The translations under genes were made by a program, and so were the position numbers. Below are positions 40,082 through 49,109 of a stretch of 64,000 bases of DNA, piece by piece. The stretch is from positions 672,001 through 736,000 of the forward strand of contig CAXXOU010000004.1 of assembly GCA_963677495.2 (NCBI GenBank), given 5' to 3'. Origin of the DNA: Candidatus Cloacimonadales bacterium (GTDB taxonomy: Bacteria > Cloacimonadota > Cloacimonadia > Cloacimonadales > JAFGVF01). Numbering within the stretch: position 1 is the stretch's first letter; every line of letters starts with the position of its first letter. The notes beneath the pieces were generated by a model that saw only the letters and a program-made list of their open reading frames with translations, was not told the origin of the DNA and searched no databases.

Positions 40082-40537
40082 CTTTAGGTCAAAATGATAG
40101 AGAAATAATAGGCGACATAGGCAACAGTGATAAGCGACACTAACGCTAAGTAATTAGAAAATAATACTTTAGATAGGCGACAATATAGGCAACATACACG
40201 CTTTAGGTCAAAATGGTAGAGAAATAATAGGCGACATAGGCGACAGCGATAAGCGACACTAACGCTAAATAATCAGAAAATAATACTTTAGATAGGCGAC
40301 AATATAGGCAACATACACGCTTTAGGTCAAAATGGTAGAGAAATAATAGGCGACATAGGCGACAATATAGGCGACACACACGCTTTAGGTCAAAATGGTA
40401 GAGAAATAATAGGCGACATAGGCGACAGCGATAAGCGACACTAACGCTAAATAATCAGAAAATAATACTTTAGATAGGCGACAATATAGGCGACACACAC
40501 GCTTTAGGTCAAAATGATAGAGAAATAATAGGCGACA
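40082..40537. repeat. 119-bp tandem array (units at 40082, 40201, 40320 [63-bp deleted unit], 40383, 40502 partial) rich in RGCRACA
   Basis: ctttaggtcaaaatg recurs with spacings 119, 119, 63, 119; about 19 GGCGACA/GGCAACA/AGCGACA motifs. Confidence 0.95.
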
Positions 40538-40552
40538 CTATAACGGAACCTG

Positions 40553-41140
40553 CTATTCTATTCTGCCATGTCTCGCAGTTACCTCATATTGATAGCTACC
40601 TGATCCAGGTCTCCAAGAGTTGGAGTATCTATTTGCATCTATTGCCCAGACATGAACGCCAAAGTCAATCTCTTCATTTCCTCGTAGTGCTGCACCTTTG
40701 CATATTGTCTTAAAATCATTAGGGAACTGATTGAATCCAATGTATACATCATTGCCATCGACTGACACCCACTCTACTTCTTTTATGCTTTTTAAGTAGC
40801 TTATGGAACCTGATAAAGATTCCTTTCCGGTATTTGTCTTACTGGGGATGTTGATTGCACTGCTAACAAGCAGGATAAGTATTATACAGGTTGAGGATAC
40901 AGTGATAAGTTGTAGTTTTGAGTGTTTAGCACCACACTTAGAACAGGTGAATGTGAATATTGAATCATCACTATTATCGCACATCTTGCATTTGTTTTTT
41001 AGGAAGGGGAATGCAAATGAAAAACCTTTAACTTTCTTGGTTTCATCACCAGGTTCATCATATATAGAGGTTGTGTTGTCATAAGACTTATAAAGGAAAT
41101 AAAGAACACCTACTATGAGAATGATTAAAAACAGAGCCAT
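40553..41140 (-). CDS. Prophage membrane protein with Zn-ribbon (CxxC..CxxC), cotranscribed with the repressor
   Basis: Two TM segments, CKMC and CSKC, SD GGAGG. Confidence 0.7.
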   Translation of the reverse strand: MALFLIILIVGVLYFLYKSYDNTTSIYDEPGDETKKVKGFSFAFPFLKNKCKMCDNSDDSIFTFTCSKCGAKHSKLQLITVSSTCIILILLVSSAINIPSKTNTGKESLSGSISYLKSIKEVEWVSVDGNDVYIGFNQFPNDFKTICKGAALRGNEEIDFGVHVWAIDANRYSNSWRPGSGSYQYEVTARHGRIE

Positions 41141-41148
41141 GACACCTC

Positions 41149-41790
41149 CTACTTGAATGATCTAATTAAGTAATCCAACACTCCTATGATTCTGACATCC
41201 ATATTGTCATTGAGCTTGATTGGTTTGAATTTGAGGTTGAAAGGGAATAACCAGGCATTCTTACTTTCATGATCCAGGACAAACTTTTTGAGGGTGATAC
41301 CATCATCAATCCTAACTGCAACAACCCGGTTATCGTAGCAATCCTCTAAGCAATCCCGGTTGATGATCACAATATCATTATGCTGCACTACAGGTTTCAT
41401 ACTTGTACCATTAACCCGGAAAGCAACAAGACTCTCAACAGGCAAGGCACTGGAGACTTGAACAACACCAAGTTCATGGTCTATTGCTTCAAAAGGCTCC
41501 CCGGCTGAGATTTCAGCAGATATTGGGATTTCATTCATCTCGTGAGTTACCGGGAATGAAACTGTTGGCAATTCAGGAGAATTGAGAAGCATATTACCTT
41601 CTCCGGTTAGAAGCCAATGCAGGTTAACACTATATAGTTTACTGATTTTATGTAATAATGGCATATTGGGTTCTATGTTATTCTTCTCTAACCTACTGTA
41701 ATTGCCTTGATTTATCTCCAATACAGAAGAAATCTGCATTTGTGTAAGTCCTTGTGATAACCTTAGTTCCTTCAATCTTTTGCCAATCAT
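41149..41790 (-). CDS. CI/LexA-like phage repressor (XRE HTH + S24 peptidase)
   Basis: RLKELR...GLTQ...WLLTGEG, AG cleavage site (ISAG), VNGTSM, TLKK. Confidence 0.93.
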   Translation of the reverse strand: MIGKRLKELRLSQGLTQMQISSVLEINQGNYSRLEKNNIEPNMPLLHKISKLYSVNLHWLLTGEGNMLLNSPELPTVSFPVTHEMNEIPISAEISAGEPFEAIDHELGVVQVSSALPVESLVAFRVNGTSMKPVVQHNDIVIINRDCLEDCYDNRVVAVRIDDGITLKKFVLDHESKNAWLFPFNLKFKPIKLNDNMDVRIIGVLDYLIRSFK

Positions 41791-41800
41791 TAAAACACCT

Positions 41801-41870
41801 TTATGTAATTATTGCATAAAACATCTTGACTAATATGTAGTATTTACATATTTATGTAACTGTATCTACA
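41801..41870. promoter_or_regulatory. Divergent promoter/operator region with TATGTA-N5-TRCATA palindromes
   Basis: ttatgtaattattgcataa (41801), atatgtagtatttacatat (41833), half site at 41852, -35 TTGACT at 41826. Confidence 0.65.
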
Positions 41871-41921
41871 AAAGCAGAGAGTGAGAAAAAAGTCAAGAAG
41901 ATAAAATGAGGAGGAATCCGA

Positions 41922-42116
41922 ATGAAGAATGGAGAAGCGAAAATTGAGAAAGATCATCCACTTGAGAAGCTTAGTGATAAGCTTTGTGCTCTTGTTAGTC
42001 ATTGCGATGGAGACTGCGGATGTTGCCCTGTCGGGATAAGCAACCTTGAGAAGAATATAGAAGATGCTGGTTATATACATCGAAGCAAGTTACAGACGGA
42101 GGCACTTGATGACTAA
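41922..42116 (+). CDS. Small Cys-rich phage protein
   Basis: SD GAGGAGG; CDGDCGCCP. Confidence 0.6.
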   Translation: MKNGEAKIEKDHPLEKLSDKLCALVSHCDGDCGCCPVGISNLEKNIEDAGYIHRSKLQTEALDD

Positions 42117-42408
42117 AAGACAATTCAAATACACACCGGGACAGGTAAAGGCAGCTATTATGCTCCGAGAGGGAAAGTACTCACCTTCCTGGATTAGTTT
42201 TAAGCTACATGATCTCAGGATTGCCAAGGTTGGAGCACAGATGGTGAGTCAGGTGGTTAATGGTAACAGATTCAATTCTAAAGTTGTCGCTTGGATTGAG
42301 GAAGAGTTCGCAGATGAGTTAGCGGTTGTTAGTAAACAGGACGCAATTCCCCGAACTCCCGATGGTCGTAATGGTGACCGCTCCGATAGTGTTGGGGGTG
42401 CTGTATGA
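42109..42408 (+). CDS. Ner/Cro-like DNA-binding protein with repeat-derived C-terminal tail
   Basis: HTH-like IAKVGAQMVSQVVNGNR; position opposite the repressor. Confidence 0.55.
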   Translation: MTKRQFKYTPGQVKAAIMLREGKYSPSWISFKLHDLRIAKVGAQMVSQVVNGNRFNSKVVAWIEEEFADELAVVSKQDAIPRTPDGRNGDRSDSVGGAV

Positions 42409-42644
42409 TATATGCTTATGGTATCATTGCATTCTTACTGATTCTCTTAGTAAGAAGCTTACTGGTTGAGTTTAGGCTTCGAGGACGTTATCAAGATAAG
42501 ATTCTTGAGATTGAATCATATCGTCGTGAGATTTCACGAATCCAGCAGAAAGTCGAAAAGGCACATAGTGAGTTTATGGGTGGAAAACCTGTTACAAGCT
42601 TCTCTAGGTCATCGCAGATTAAGGCTAATGGTGGGGTGGAATGA
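42405..42644 (+). CDS. Hypothetical phage membrane protein
   Basis: N-terminal TM helix, ATGA overlap. Confidence 0.6.
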   Translation: MIYAYGIIAFLLILLVRSLLVEFRLRGRYQDKILEIESYRREISRIQQKVEKAHSEFMGGKPVTSFSRSSQIKANGGVE

Positions 42645-42994
42645 TGAAGAAAAGAACCACCATTCCCAACATCATGGAATTACGAGAGGGGAATAACGAG
42701 CGAGACACTCATTCTACAGGTAAGACTAAGAAAGAACTGAATGTGAAGCGTGAGAAGATGAGCCTTCCTGAGTTTGTAGCAGCTATAAAAGCAACTACTA
42801 AGCTCAATGTTAAGTTTACTCAAAGGGGATTCGTTACCGGGTTCAGAGAGGTTGTTTATATTCAAGTGCATTATAATCCCATTGAGGGCATGTACAAAGT
42901 GTTTATGGCAGCCGGAGAGCATTACATCGAATGGAATCACAACATCATTTTTACTAATCAAATCAGAACAATATATTCCGGATGGAGGGGATAA
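42641..42994 (+). CDS. Hypothetical phage protein
   Basis: ATGA/TAATG coupling with neighbours. Confidence 0.6.
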   Translation: MMKKRTTIPNIMELREGNNERDTHSTGKTKKELNVKREKMSLPEFVAAIKATTKLNVKFTQRGFVTGFREVVYIQVHYNPIEGMYKVFMAAGEHYIEWNHNIIFTNQIRTIYSGWRG

Positions 42995-43641
42995 TGGAAC
43001 AAGTAATAGTTAATAATGAACAAGCTATAGCTACAGAAGTATATAATCAGTTAAGAGAGAAAATAAGCACAACATGTTTAGCATCTGCAGATAGCTTAAG
43101 AATGCTACTCAATGGTTTAGGTTTTTATCATAAGAGTGAGTTTCCTGAAGCAAAAATTGAGTATTTCGAAGATCCAGGTTCAGGAGAATCAGTAGGTGTT
43201 CAGCTTGTTATTGATAATGGAAGACCATATACAGGGATTGGCAGTGACGTAGTGGACACAGTTGACGGTAGTGAACAAGAGAGTAATCCTTCAACTCAGA
43301 TCAGGAAGCCAATAGTTACAATTGATGATGAGGATATCTCAGATATGTTCTATCAACGACTTGCGATTTTGAAAGCCAATTTCGAAGTAAACCAATTAGA
43401 AGCTACAAGAGATCTAATCAAAAAAAAGGGGATATTCAAACCAGATTTCACTGTATTAGATTTCTATAGACTGAGCTCATCATCTGGTGGAGCTGCCTTA
43501 AACTTATTGAATATGGTCATTGGGGATTTGTTGGAAGACGCTGACTCAGTATCTACTTGCGAAGGTTACAATGAAGTGAACCTCCTTCCCGGTGAAGCAA
43601 ATAAGAAACAACCAAATAAAGATATATCGTCCCATCGATAA
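42994..43641 (+). CDS. Hypothetical phage protein
   Basis: SD GGAGG, TAATG coupling. Confidence 0.6.
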   Translation: MEQVIVNNEQAIATEVYNQLREKISTTCLASADSLRMLLNGLGFYHKSEFPEAKIEYFEDPGSGESVGVQLVIDNGRPYTGIGSDVVDTVDGSEQESNPSTQIRKPIVTIDDEDISDMFYQRLAILKANFEVNQLEATRDLIKKKGIFKPDFTVLDFYRLSSSSGGAALNLLNMVIGDLLEDADSVSTCEGYNEVNLLPGEANKKQPNKDISSHR

Positions 43642-43736
43642 TACGTAACCAACCCTCATGGTCTGAACCATTCGCAAGGTCAAGACCATTCCGAAGGTGA
43701 CCATGGGGGCTATTACGTATTACGATTGGAGAAAAT

Positions 43737-46163
43737 ATGAAGATTTGGAAAAGCACTAAGGAAGCTGCTGAACTGATGAACACAACCGAAAGGACAATTC
43801 AAAGACGAGCTAAGTCCGGGATGCTTGAAAGCCGGGATGGATTGAGTTCGAAAGGACGGAAAAGGCTTGAGGTACTTGTTGAGGTTGATGATCAACCTCA
43901 ACAGCCTAAAGCTGATAGTCTAGAGCCTAAAGCTGAAGGGAACCACCCCGCCGTAAGTTGCTCGCTTCCAGCTTGCGAGCTCCCTGCGGTCGGTTCACGG
44001 CACCCCTCCACAGAGGGGAATCAGGAGCAACAGCCTATAGCTGATAGCCTAAAGCCTATAGTTGAGAACCAGGGAGATGCAGGCAGGGATGCCTGCGTAC
44101 GTAGCTCAAGCGAAGGTGGACAGGACGCATCTACACAGTTGATGCACTCCAAAGACAAGCAAGCTGTATGCCCTACGGAATCAGAGGACTTTGTTGGACG
44201 GGACGCAATTCCCCGAACTCCCGTTGGTCGTAATGGTGACCGCTTCGAAATAGCAACACCTGCTGAGAAGGATGAGGAGAAAGCTTTTAAGGAATGCTCT
44301 CAATCCGAGAGGGAGCAAGCTTGGGCAAAGCTTCAGATTGTGAAGCTCTGGAATGATTTCAGATCAGCTAAGAAGGTTGAAGGTATGTCTAAGACAGAAA
44401 GCTCTAAGTTCTGGGATTCTCGCAGTAGCATTCTTGCCGGGAAACAGCTTCAGGTACTTGGGATTCAGGAAATCAAGTCTAAGACCATCTATAAGTGGAG
44501 TAAGGAACTGAAGGAATCCGGGCATATCAATTATCCGGTTGCTTTGATTCCTAACAGGCACTCATCCGGTCGCAAGAGCAAGGTTCCTGATGAAGTACTC
44601 TTCAGGATTAGGCAATTAGCTGCAGATCCCAGAGAGTTGAGAGCAAGCCATATCTATAAGATTCTTCTTAGTGAACACCCGGATAGTTTCTCTTTCCCAT
44701 GCTCCAGAAGAACAGTTACAAGGTTCGTGGCACAGGCTCGTGCTGATAGAGTACTTGTCTCACTTGGTAAAGGCAAGAAGGCTTATAAGAACAATGTGAG
44801 AGTTCATATTAAGCGTGTCAATGACAACATACCCGGAAAGCACTATGTTGGTGATGGTCGTCCTCATGACTTTATGGTATACTCTCCTTGGAGACATCAT
44901 GCTTCTGAGAATCTAAGACTCTTAGTAAGACCTTACGCAACAATGTGGGTTGATGCTGCAACCGGGTTGATTGTTGGTTATACAGCAAGCTATTCAGAAT
45001 CTACTCACACAGTTCTTAACTCCTTATCCAGAGCAATAAAAGCATGGGGAGTGCCTGAACGAATCACTGTTGATAACGGAAAATCTTACCAGAATTACTA
45101 CAATGATCCGTACTACTTCCTGAACAATCGAAAAGAGAATTCATCTCCATGGAAAAAGGCAAAGGGCTTTATAGATCAAGGTCAAGTGGGAGCATATAGA
45201 AAGGTTGGTATTGAGAAGATAACCTACTCCATTCCCGGTAATCCTGAATCAAAGCAGATTGAAGCCATCTGGAACTACGTATTTGAGGACTTTGAACGTT
45301 CACAGGCTATCTATTTAGGTAAATCACCAGAAAAGCGAATGGAAGCCCTTAATATGCCCACAATCAAGCTAATTGAGAAGTATGGGGATATGATACCTAA
45401 TTGGGACGAGTTTATTCAACAGATCAATGCAAGGATTCAGGAATGGAATAGCTCCAAGCGTGCAGTTCTTAAAAGTGCTGATGGTAATATGATGAGTCCA
45501 TTAGAGGTGATGGAATACTTCAAAGATGAAATCCAGATACCTAATCCGGGTTTCATTGATGAGTGGTTATCTGTTCCGGTGGAAGCTAAGGTTCAAAGGG
45601 ATGGAATCTACTGTGCCGGGAACTGGTACCAGCACAGGCAAAGTAAAGTCCATCTTAATAAAAAGTGCTTAGTGTTGTTTGATGAAATGGCACCTGAGAC
45701 TGCTCAGATTATGACTGAGAATGGTCAACTTTGGGAGGGCTTAGCAGAGCTTTATGTTCCCGGATCATACGTTGAAGAGGAGCAGATTCAAAAAGCAATT
45801 AGTACAGCTCGAAGTCTTGAAAAACAGGGCTTAGCAGTCTATGCAGGTGTTCGCTCTCGTATACCAGGTAAGCTTGATCAGAAAGAGGTCAATAAGATAG
45901 CTAAGAATACCGTCCTTGAAATTGAGGGTGATGCACATAAGAGACGAGAACGAATCAAAGATACAGGGAAAGAACGTCTATCAATTCCAAAAAGAAGCAA
46001 ATCACCTGAAGGTTCCGGTGTTGAACCAACACCTGACTGGAAGGAACTATTAAAAGAGATTGAAGTACCGGAAACAGAAGTGCAACCGGAAGAACCAAAG
46101 AATACAGAAGAGGATGCAATCCTCGCTACAATTGAAGGTAAATCAAATTATAGGGGGCTTTAA
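43737..46163 (+). CDS. Mu-like DDE transposase (MuA-type) with N-terminal HTH and a repeat-derived insert
   Basis: STKEAAELMNTTERTIQRRA HTH; YVGDG...WVDAATG...GVPERITVDNGKSY...PGNPESKQIE catalytic core; Mu-transposase C-terminal-like region. Confidence 0.9.
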   Translation: MKIWKSTKEAAELMNTTERTIQRRAKSGMLESRDGLSSKGRKRLEVLVEVDDQPQQPKADSLEPKAEGNHPAVSCSLPACELPAVGSRHPSTEGNQEQQPIADSLKPIVENQGDAGRDACVRSSSEGGQDASTQLMHSKDKQAVCPTESEDFVGRDAIPRTPVGRNGDRFEIATPAEKDEEKAFKECSQSEREQAWAKLQIVKLWNDFRSAKKVEGMSKTESSKFWDSRSSILAGKQLQVLGIQEIKSKTIYKWSKELKESGHINYPVALIPNRHSSGRKSKVPDEVLFRIRQLAADPRELRASHIYKILLSEHPDSFSFPCSRRTVTRFVAQARADRVLVSLGKGKKAYKNNVRVHIKRVNDNIPGKHYVGDGRPHDFMVYSPWRHHASENLRLLVRPYATMWVDAATGLIVGYTASYSESTHTVLNSLSRAIKAWGVPERITVDNGKSYQNYYNDPYYFLNNRKENSSPWKKAKGFIDQGQVGAYRKVGIEKITYSIPGNPESKQIEAIWNYVFEDFERSQAIYLGKSPEKRMEALNMPTIKLIEKYGDMIPNWDEFIQQINARIQEWNSSKRAVLKSADGNMMSPLEVMEYFKDEIQIPNPGFIDEWLSVPVEAKVQRDGIYCAGNWYQHRQSKVHLNKKCLVLFDEMAPETAQIMTENGQLWEGLAELYVPGSYVEEEQIQKAISTARSLEKQGLAVYAGVRSRIPGKLDQKEVNKIAKNTVLEIEGDAHKRRERIKDTGKERLSIPKRSKSPEGSGVEPTPDWKELLKEIEVPETEVQPEEPKNTEEDAILATIEGKSNYRGL

Positions 46164-46166
46164 GCA

Positions 46167-46862
46167 ATGAAGAGCAACGTAATAGTACCTATATTCAACA
46201 CAAGAGAAGCAGCAGCAAAAGTGAAAGAACTGCAAACAAGACCTAAGGCAGATGTTCCCGGGTTAGCCTGCATGTATGGTTGTCCCGGTCTTGGAAAGTC
46301 TTATTGGTCTGAGAGCTATGCATCACAGAACAATCACATTTGGATCAGAATGAAAGAAGCTGAAACAGCTAAGGGCTTTATGTCCAGATTGCTCAAACGC
46401 TTGGTGTATCGTGATGAAGGTCAAAACAGGAACATCTCAGGTTCAACAGATGAGATATACAAAGAGTGTGAGGAGATTCTTCAGCGTAATCCTGATTGGG
46501 TAGTGTTTATTGATGAAGTGGATAGAGCTCTTGGTGGTCGCAAAACTAAGGTTCTTGAGATGATTAGAGACCTTGCTGACTGTACTTATGCAAGCTATAT
46601 CCTGATTGGAATGGAGCATCTTCGCAGGTTAATCCAGAAGTACTCAGCTCATTATTTTGATAGATGTTACTTCTTCTATGAATTCAGACCTGCAACTTCT
46701 GAAGAGATGAAGGCGATTATAGAAGCAAAGATAGATTACAGTGCATCTGATAAGGTCGTTCAGGCAACGATGGAAAAGTCAGGTGGTACATTGCGAAAGA
46801 GTATCAAGCTCATGGTGGATATGGAGGAAGCTAGAAATGTCCGTAGAAACAGCCAAAAATAG
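46167..46862 (+). CDS. MuB-like AAA+ transposition ATPase
   Basis: GCPGLGKS, VFIDEVD, IRDLAD, ILIGM. Confidence 0.9.
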   Translation: MKSNVIVPIFNTREAAAKVKELQTRPKADVPGLACMYGCPGLGKSYWSESYASQNNHIWIRMKEAETAKGFMSRLLKRLVYRDEGQNRNISGSTDEIYKECEEILQRNPDWVVFIDEVDRALGGRKTKVLEMIRDLADCTYASYILIGMEHLRRLIQKYSAHYFDRCYFFYEFRPATSEEMKAIIEAKIDYSASDKVVQATMEKSGGTLRKSIKLMVDMEEARNVRRNSQK

Positions 46863-47274
46863 ACTCAGAGACTTCGCTGTGATGAATGAAACTCCCTTCA
46901 CAATCTCCAGAGCTGCATTAGTTACCGGATACAGTATGTCCTGTGTATCCAGGAACCTTGCTGTTCTTAAGAAAGAGGGGTTTGTGCGTGAAATCGAAAC
47001 CGGAACAAGATTCAAGTCCTTTGTAGTAGAGAAAGAGATTCTACCTAAGAAAATGGAGCAGTTAACGGAACGTGTGTTCACTGAGATCCAGAATCAGAAT
47101 TTTGTAAGTAAAGAGATAGCTGAAAAGCTTAAGTGCAGTGTGGATAGAGTTTATAGGTGCCTTAAAGTACTTGAGCGTAGAGGAAGGGTAGAGGTTATCG
47201 TTAAGAAGAATGGCAAGATTACTGTGGCAAGACTTCCTAAGTATGATGCCATCCCGGAGGTAAGTAATGTCTAA
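46837..47274 (+). CDS. Tandem winged-HTH DNA-binding protein
   Basis: TISRAALVTGYSMSCVSRNLAVLKKEG; SKEIAEKLKCSVDRVYRCLKVLERRG. Confidence 0.75.
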   Translation: MSVETAKNRLRDFAVMNETPFTISRAALVTGYSMSCVSRNLAVLKKEGFVREIETGTRFKSFVVEKEILPKKMEQLTERVFTEIQNQNFVSKEIAEKLKCSVDRVYRCLKVLERRGRVEVIVKKNGKITVARLPKYDAIPEVSNV

Positions 47275-47608
47275 CGTAGTTAAGGACGTACTCCAGAAGG
47301 CTATTGATACCAGGCAACGCAAGTTGGATAAGATAATTGAAGAGCAAGAGCATGATTGGTTCGAAGATATGAAGGCTGAGAGAGAGCGATATAATGAGTA
47401 TGTAAAGAAGTTCAACTCAAGCACCGTAGAGCAAAAACTGGAGCTAATAGATGAGGTCTTAAAGCAAAATCAAATCACTCAGAAAGCATATCAACTATGG
47501 ATCAAAGATAGAGGTTATCTCTGGGATAAACGTGCTGTGATTGAGAAAGAGGTTAGCAAACTAAAAAATGCTTTATATATACTTACACACAGAGGTTACC
47601 ATGAATAA
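47267..47608 (+). CDS. Hypothetical phage protein
   Basis: SD GGAGG, coupled ORF. Confidence 0.6.
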   Translation: MSNVVKDVLQKAIDTRQRKLDKIIEEQEHDWFEDMKAERERYNEYVKKFNSSTVEQKLELIDEVLKQNQITQKAYQLWIKDRGYLWDKRAVIEKEVSKLKNALYILTHRGYHE

Positions 47609-47972
47609 AGAACAATATGCTAAGAATCTCCGTAGTAGGATAGTAGCAAATATAAAGCACAATTTCAATGTAGATCACCATGAGTTACTGGAGGAGTGGG
47701 GATACGGTTCCTCACTCCGGAAAATTCGGGATATAGATGTCCTGAAGGAGATCCTCTTTGTGGCTCAAGGTGGAACAATTCAAAGTCAGAGCATAGGCTC
47801 TCTGGATGAGCAGGGACGCTATGCGTGGGCTCTTATGAAAGAAGCAGGTTGGGATACTCGCAGATTGAGATCCCTGATGATCAAGAAGTGTGGTGTTGGT
47901 ACTTGGAAGCAACTCTCTACTTCAGAGAAAAAGCAAGTGATACAGATACTGAAGAGCTATCAGCAGAGCTGA
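47601..47972 (+). CDS. GemA/gp16-like Mu protein
   Basis: AWALMKEAGWD..RLRSLM...LSTSEKKQVIQILKS resembles the GemA C-terminus. Confidence 0.6.
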   Translation: MNKEQYAKNLRSRIVANIKHNFNVDHHELLEEWGYGSSLRKIRDIDVLKEILFVAQGGTIQSQSIGSLDEQGRYAWALMKEAGWDTRRLRSLMIKKCGVGTWKQLSTSEKKQVIQILKSYQQS

Positions 47973-48069
47973 AATGTTTAATTATGAATGCAAAATGATG
48001 AATGAAAAGAACCACCCCACCGTTTCCAACGGCACCCCTCCACAGAGGGGAATTAAGATAGGAGGATAG

Positions 48070-48255
48070 ATGGAAGTTAGCGTTTGGAACATAGTTTACT
48101 CAGGAGCAGATGACAAAGATGTCACTGTCAGTGTAATAGCAGAAGATTTCGAGAAAGTAGCAGCATACATCCATACAAAGGTGTGGGCAACCACGGTGAA
48201 GGATGTGTACTATAATGGACGGATGGATTGTTTGATTAAGGATTTTAGAGGATAG
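48070..48255 (+). CDS. Hypothetical phage protein
   Basis: SD GGAGG. Confidence 0.55.
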   Translation: MEVSVWNIVYSGADDKDVTVSVIAEDFEKVAAYIHTKVWATTVKDVYYNGRMDCLIKDFRG

Positions 48256-48256
48256 T

Positions 48257-48463
48257 ATGGCAAAAGAGCAACAAGAGGACTGGATAGTTACTCAAAAGGA
48301 AGAGGACGACGCTCTGAAAGCACGGAAGGAGTCTGCATTTATGGAGATGCTATTTGCTAGTGCTGAGCCGGAACAGTATAAGAAAAGCTTAGCTGAACAG
48401 AAACAGAAGCAAACAGAGACTAATAGAGATAAACAGGGTTCGAACCCTGCTGGTAAGGAGTAA
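48257..48463 (+). CDS. Hypothetical phage protein
   Basis: SD GAGG. Confidence 0.5.
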   Translation: MAKEQQEDWIVTQKEEDDALKARKESAFMEMLFASAEPEQYKKSLAEQKQKQTETNRDKQGSNPAGKE

Positions 48464-48467
48464 AAAT

Positions 48468-49109
48468 ATGGCTAACTTAGTGAAAATCAAAGGTAAGAAT
48501 CACTGGATTAATGCTGAAGGTAATCCGGTAGAAGTATCACGTATATTCCCTGAAGAGAAAGCCAGGGAAAGAGTTGTACATAAGGTGTTTAAAAAGGTCT
48601 CTAGAACTTCTGTTGTGCTTAAGAAAGCTCATGAAGAGATCTGGAATACAGTCGATGATTATCTTCAAAAGTTAGCTGAAGAGCATGGTGAGACTTGGCA
48701 AGGTAATGCACAGATCATGTCATTTGATCAAACACAAAAGATTGATGTCAAAGTGACAAAGTACATCGGATTCAACGAGCATTTCCAGTTAGCTGAGAAG
48801 AAGATTCTTCGCTTTATCGAAGAGGTGACTGAAGGTCTTAATGGTGATGTTGTGGAGTTGATTCGTGGTGCCTTTCAACGAGATAAGAAAGGTCAAATTG
48901 ATTCCAAGAAGATCCTTGGTTTAAAGAGACTTAATATCAAATCTAAGATCTGGGCTGAAGCTATGGAGTTGATTGATAAGTCTATCTACGTGAAGAGTTC
49001 AAAGCGTTATATCAACTTCTATATCCGTGATCAGGATGGTAAGTGGGAAGTTGTTCCTCTTAACTTCAGTGCTTTGAAGGTTGTGGAGGTTGAAGATGAA
49101 AAAGAGTAA
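48468..49109 (+). CDS. DUF3164 family protein (typical of Mu-like phages)
   Basis: WINAEG..V, GN..IMSFD, AFQRDKKGQI...LGLKRL...WAEAM...SKRYINFY..PLNF. Confidence 0.85.
   Translation: MANLVKIKGKNHWINAEGNPVEVSRIFPEEKARERVVHKVFKKVSRTSVVLKKAHEEIWNTVDDYLQKLAEEHGETWQGNAQIMSFDQTQKIDVKVTKYIGFNEHFQLAEKKILRFIEEVTEGLNGDVVELIRGAFQRDKKGQIDSKKILGLKRLNIKSKIWAEAMELIDKSIYVKSSKRYINFYIRDQDGKWEVVPLNFSALKVVEVEDEKE

Noticed and set aside
40082..40537. CRISPR array
   Set aside because: The units are near-identical throughout with no unique spacers, and there are no cas genes in the window.
43737..46862. Tn7/CAST-type transposon
   Set aside because: No tniQ/tnsD or Cas effector is present, and the genes are embedded in a phage early operon followed by virion genes.
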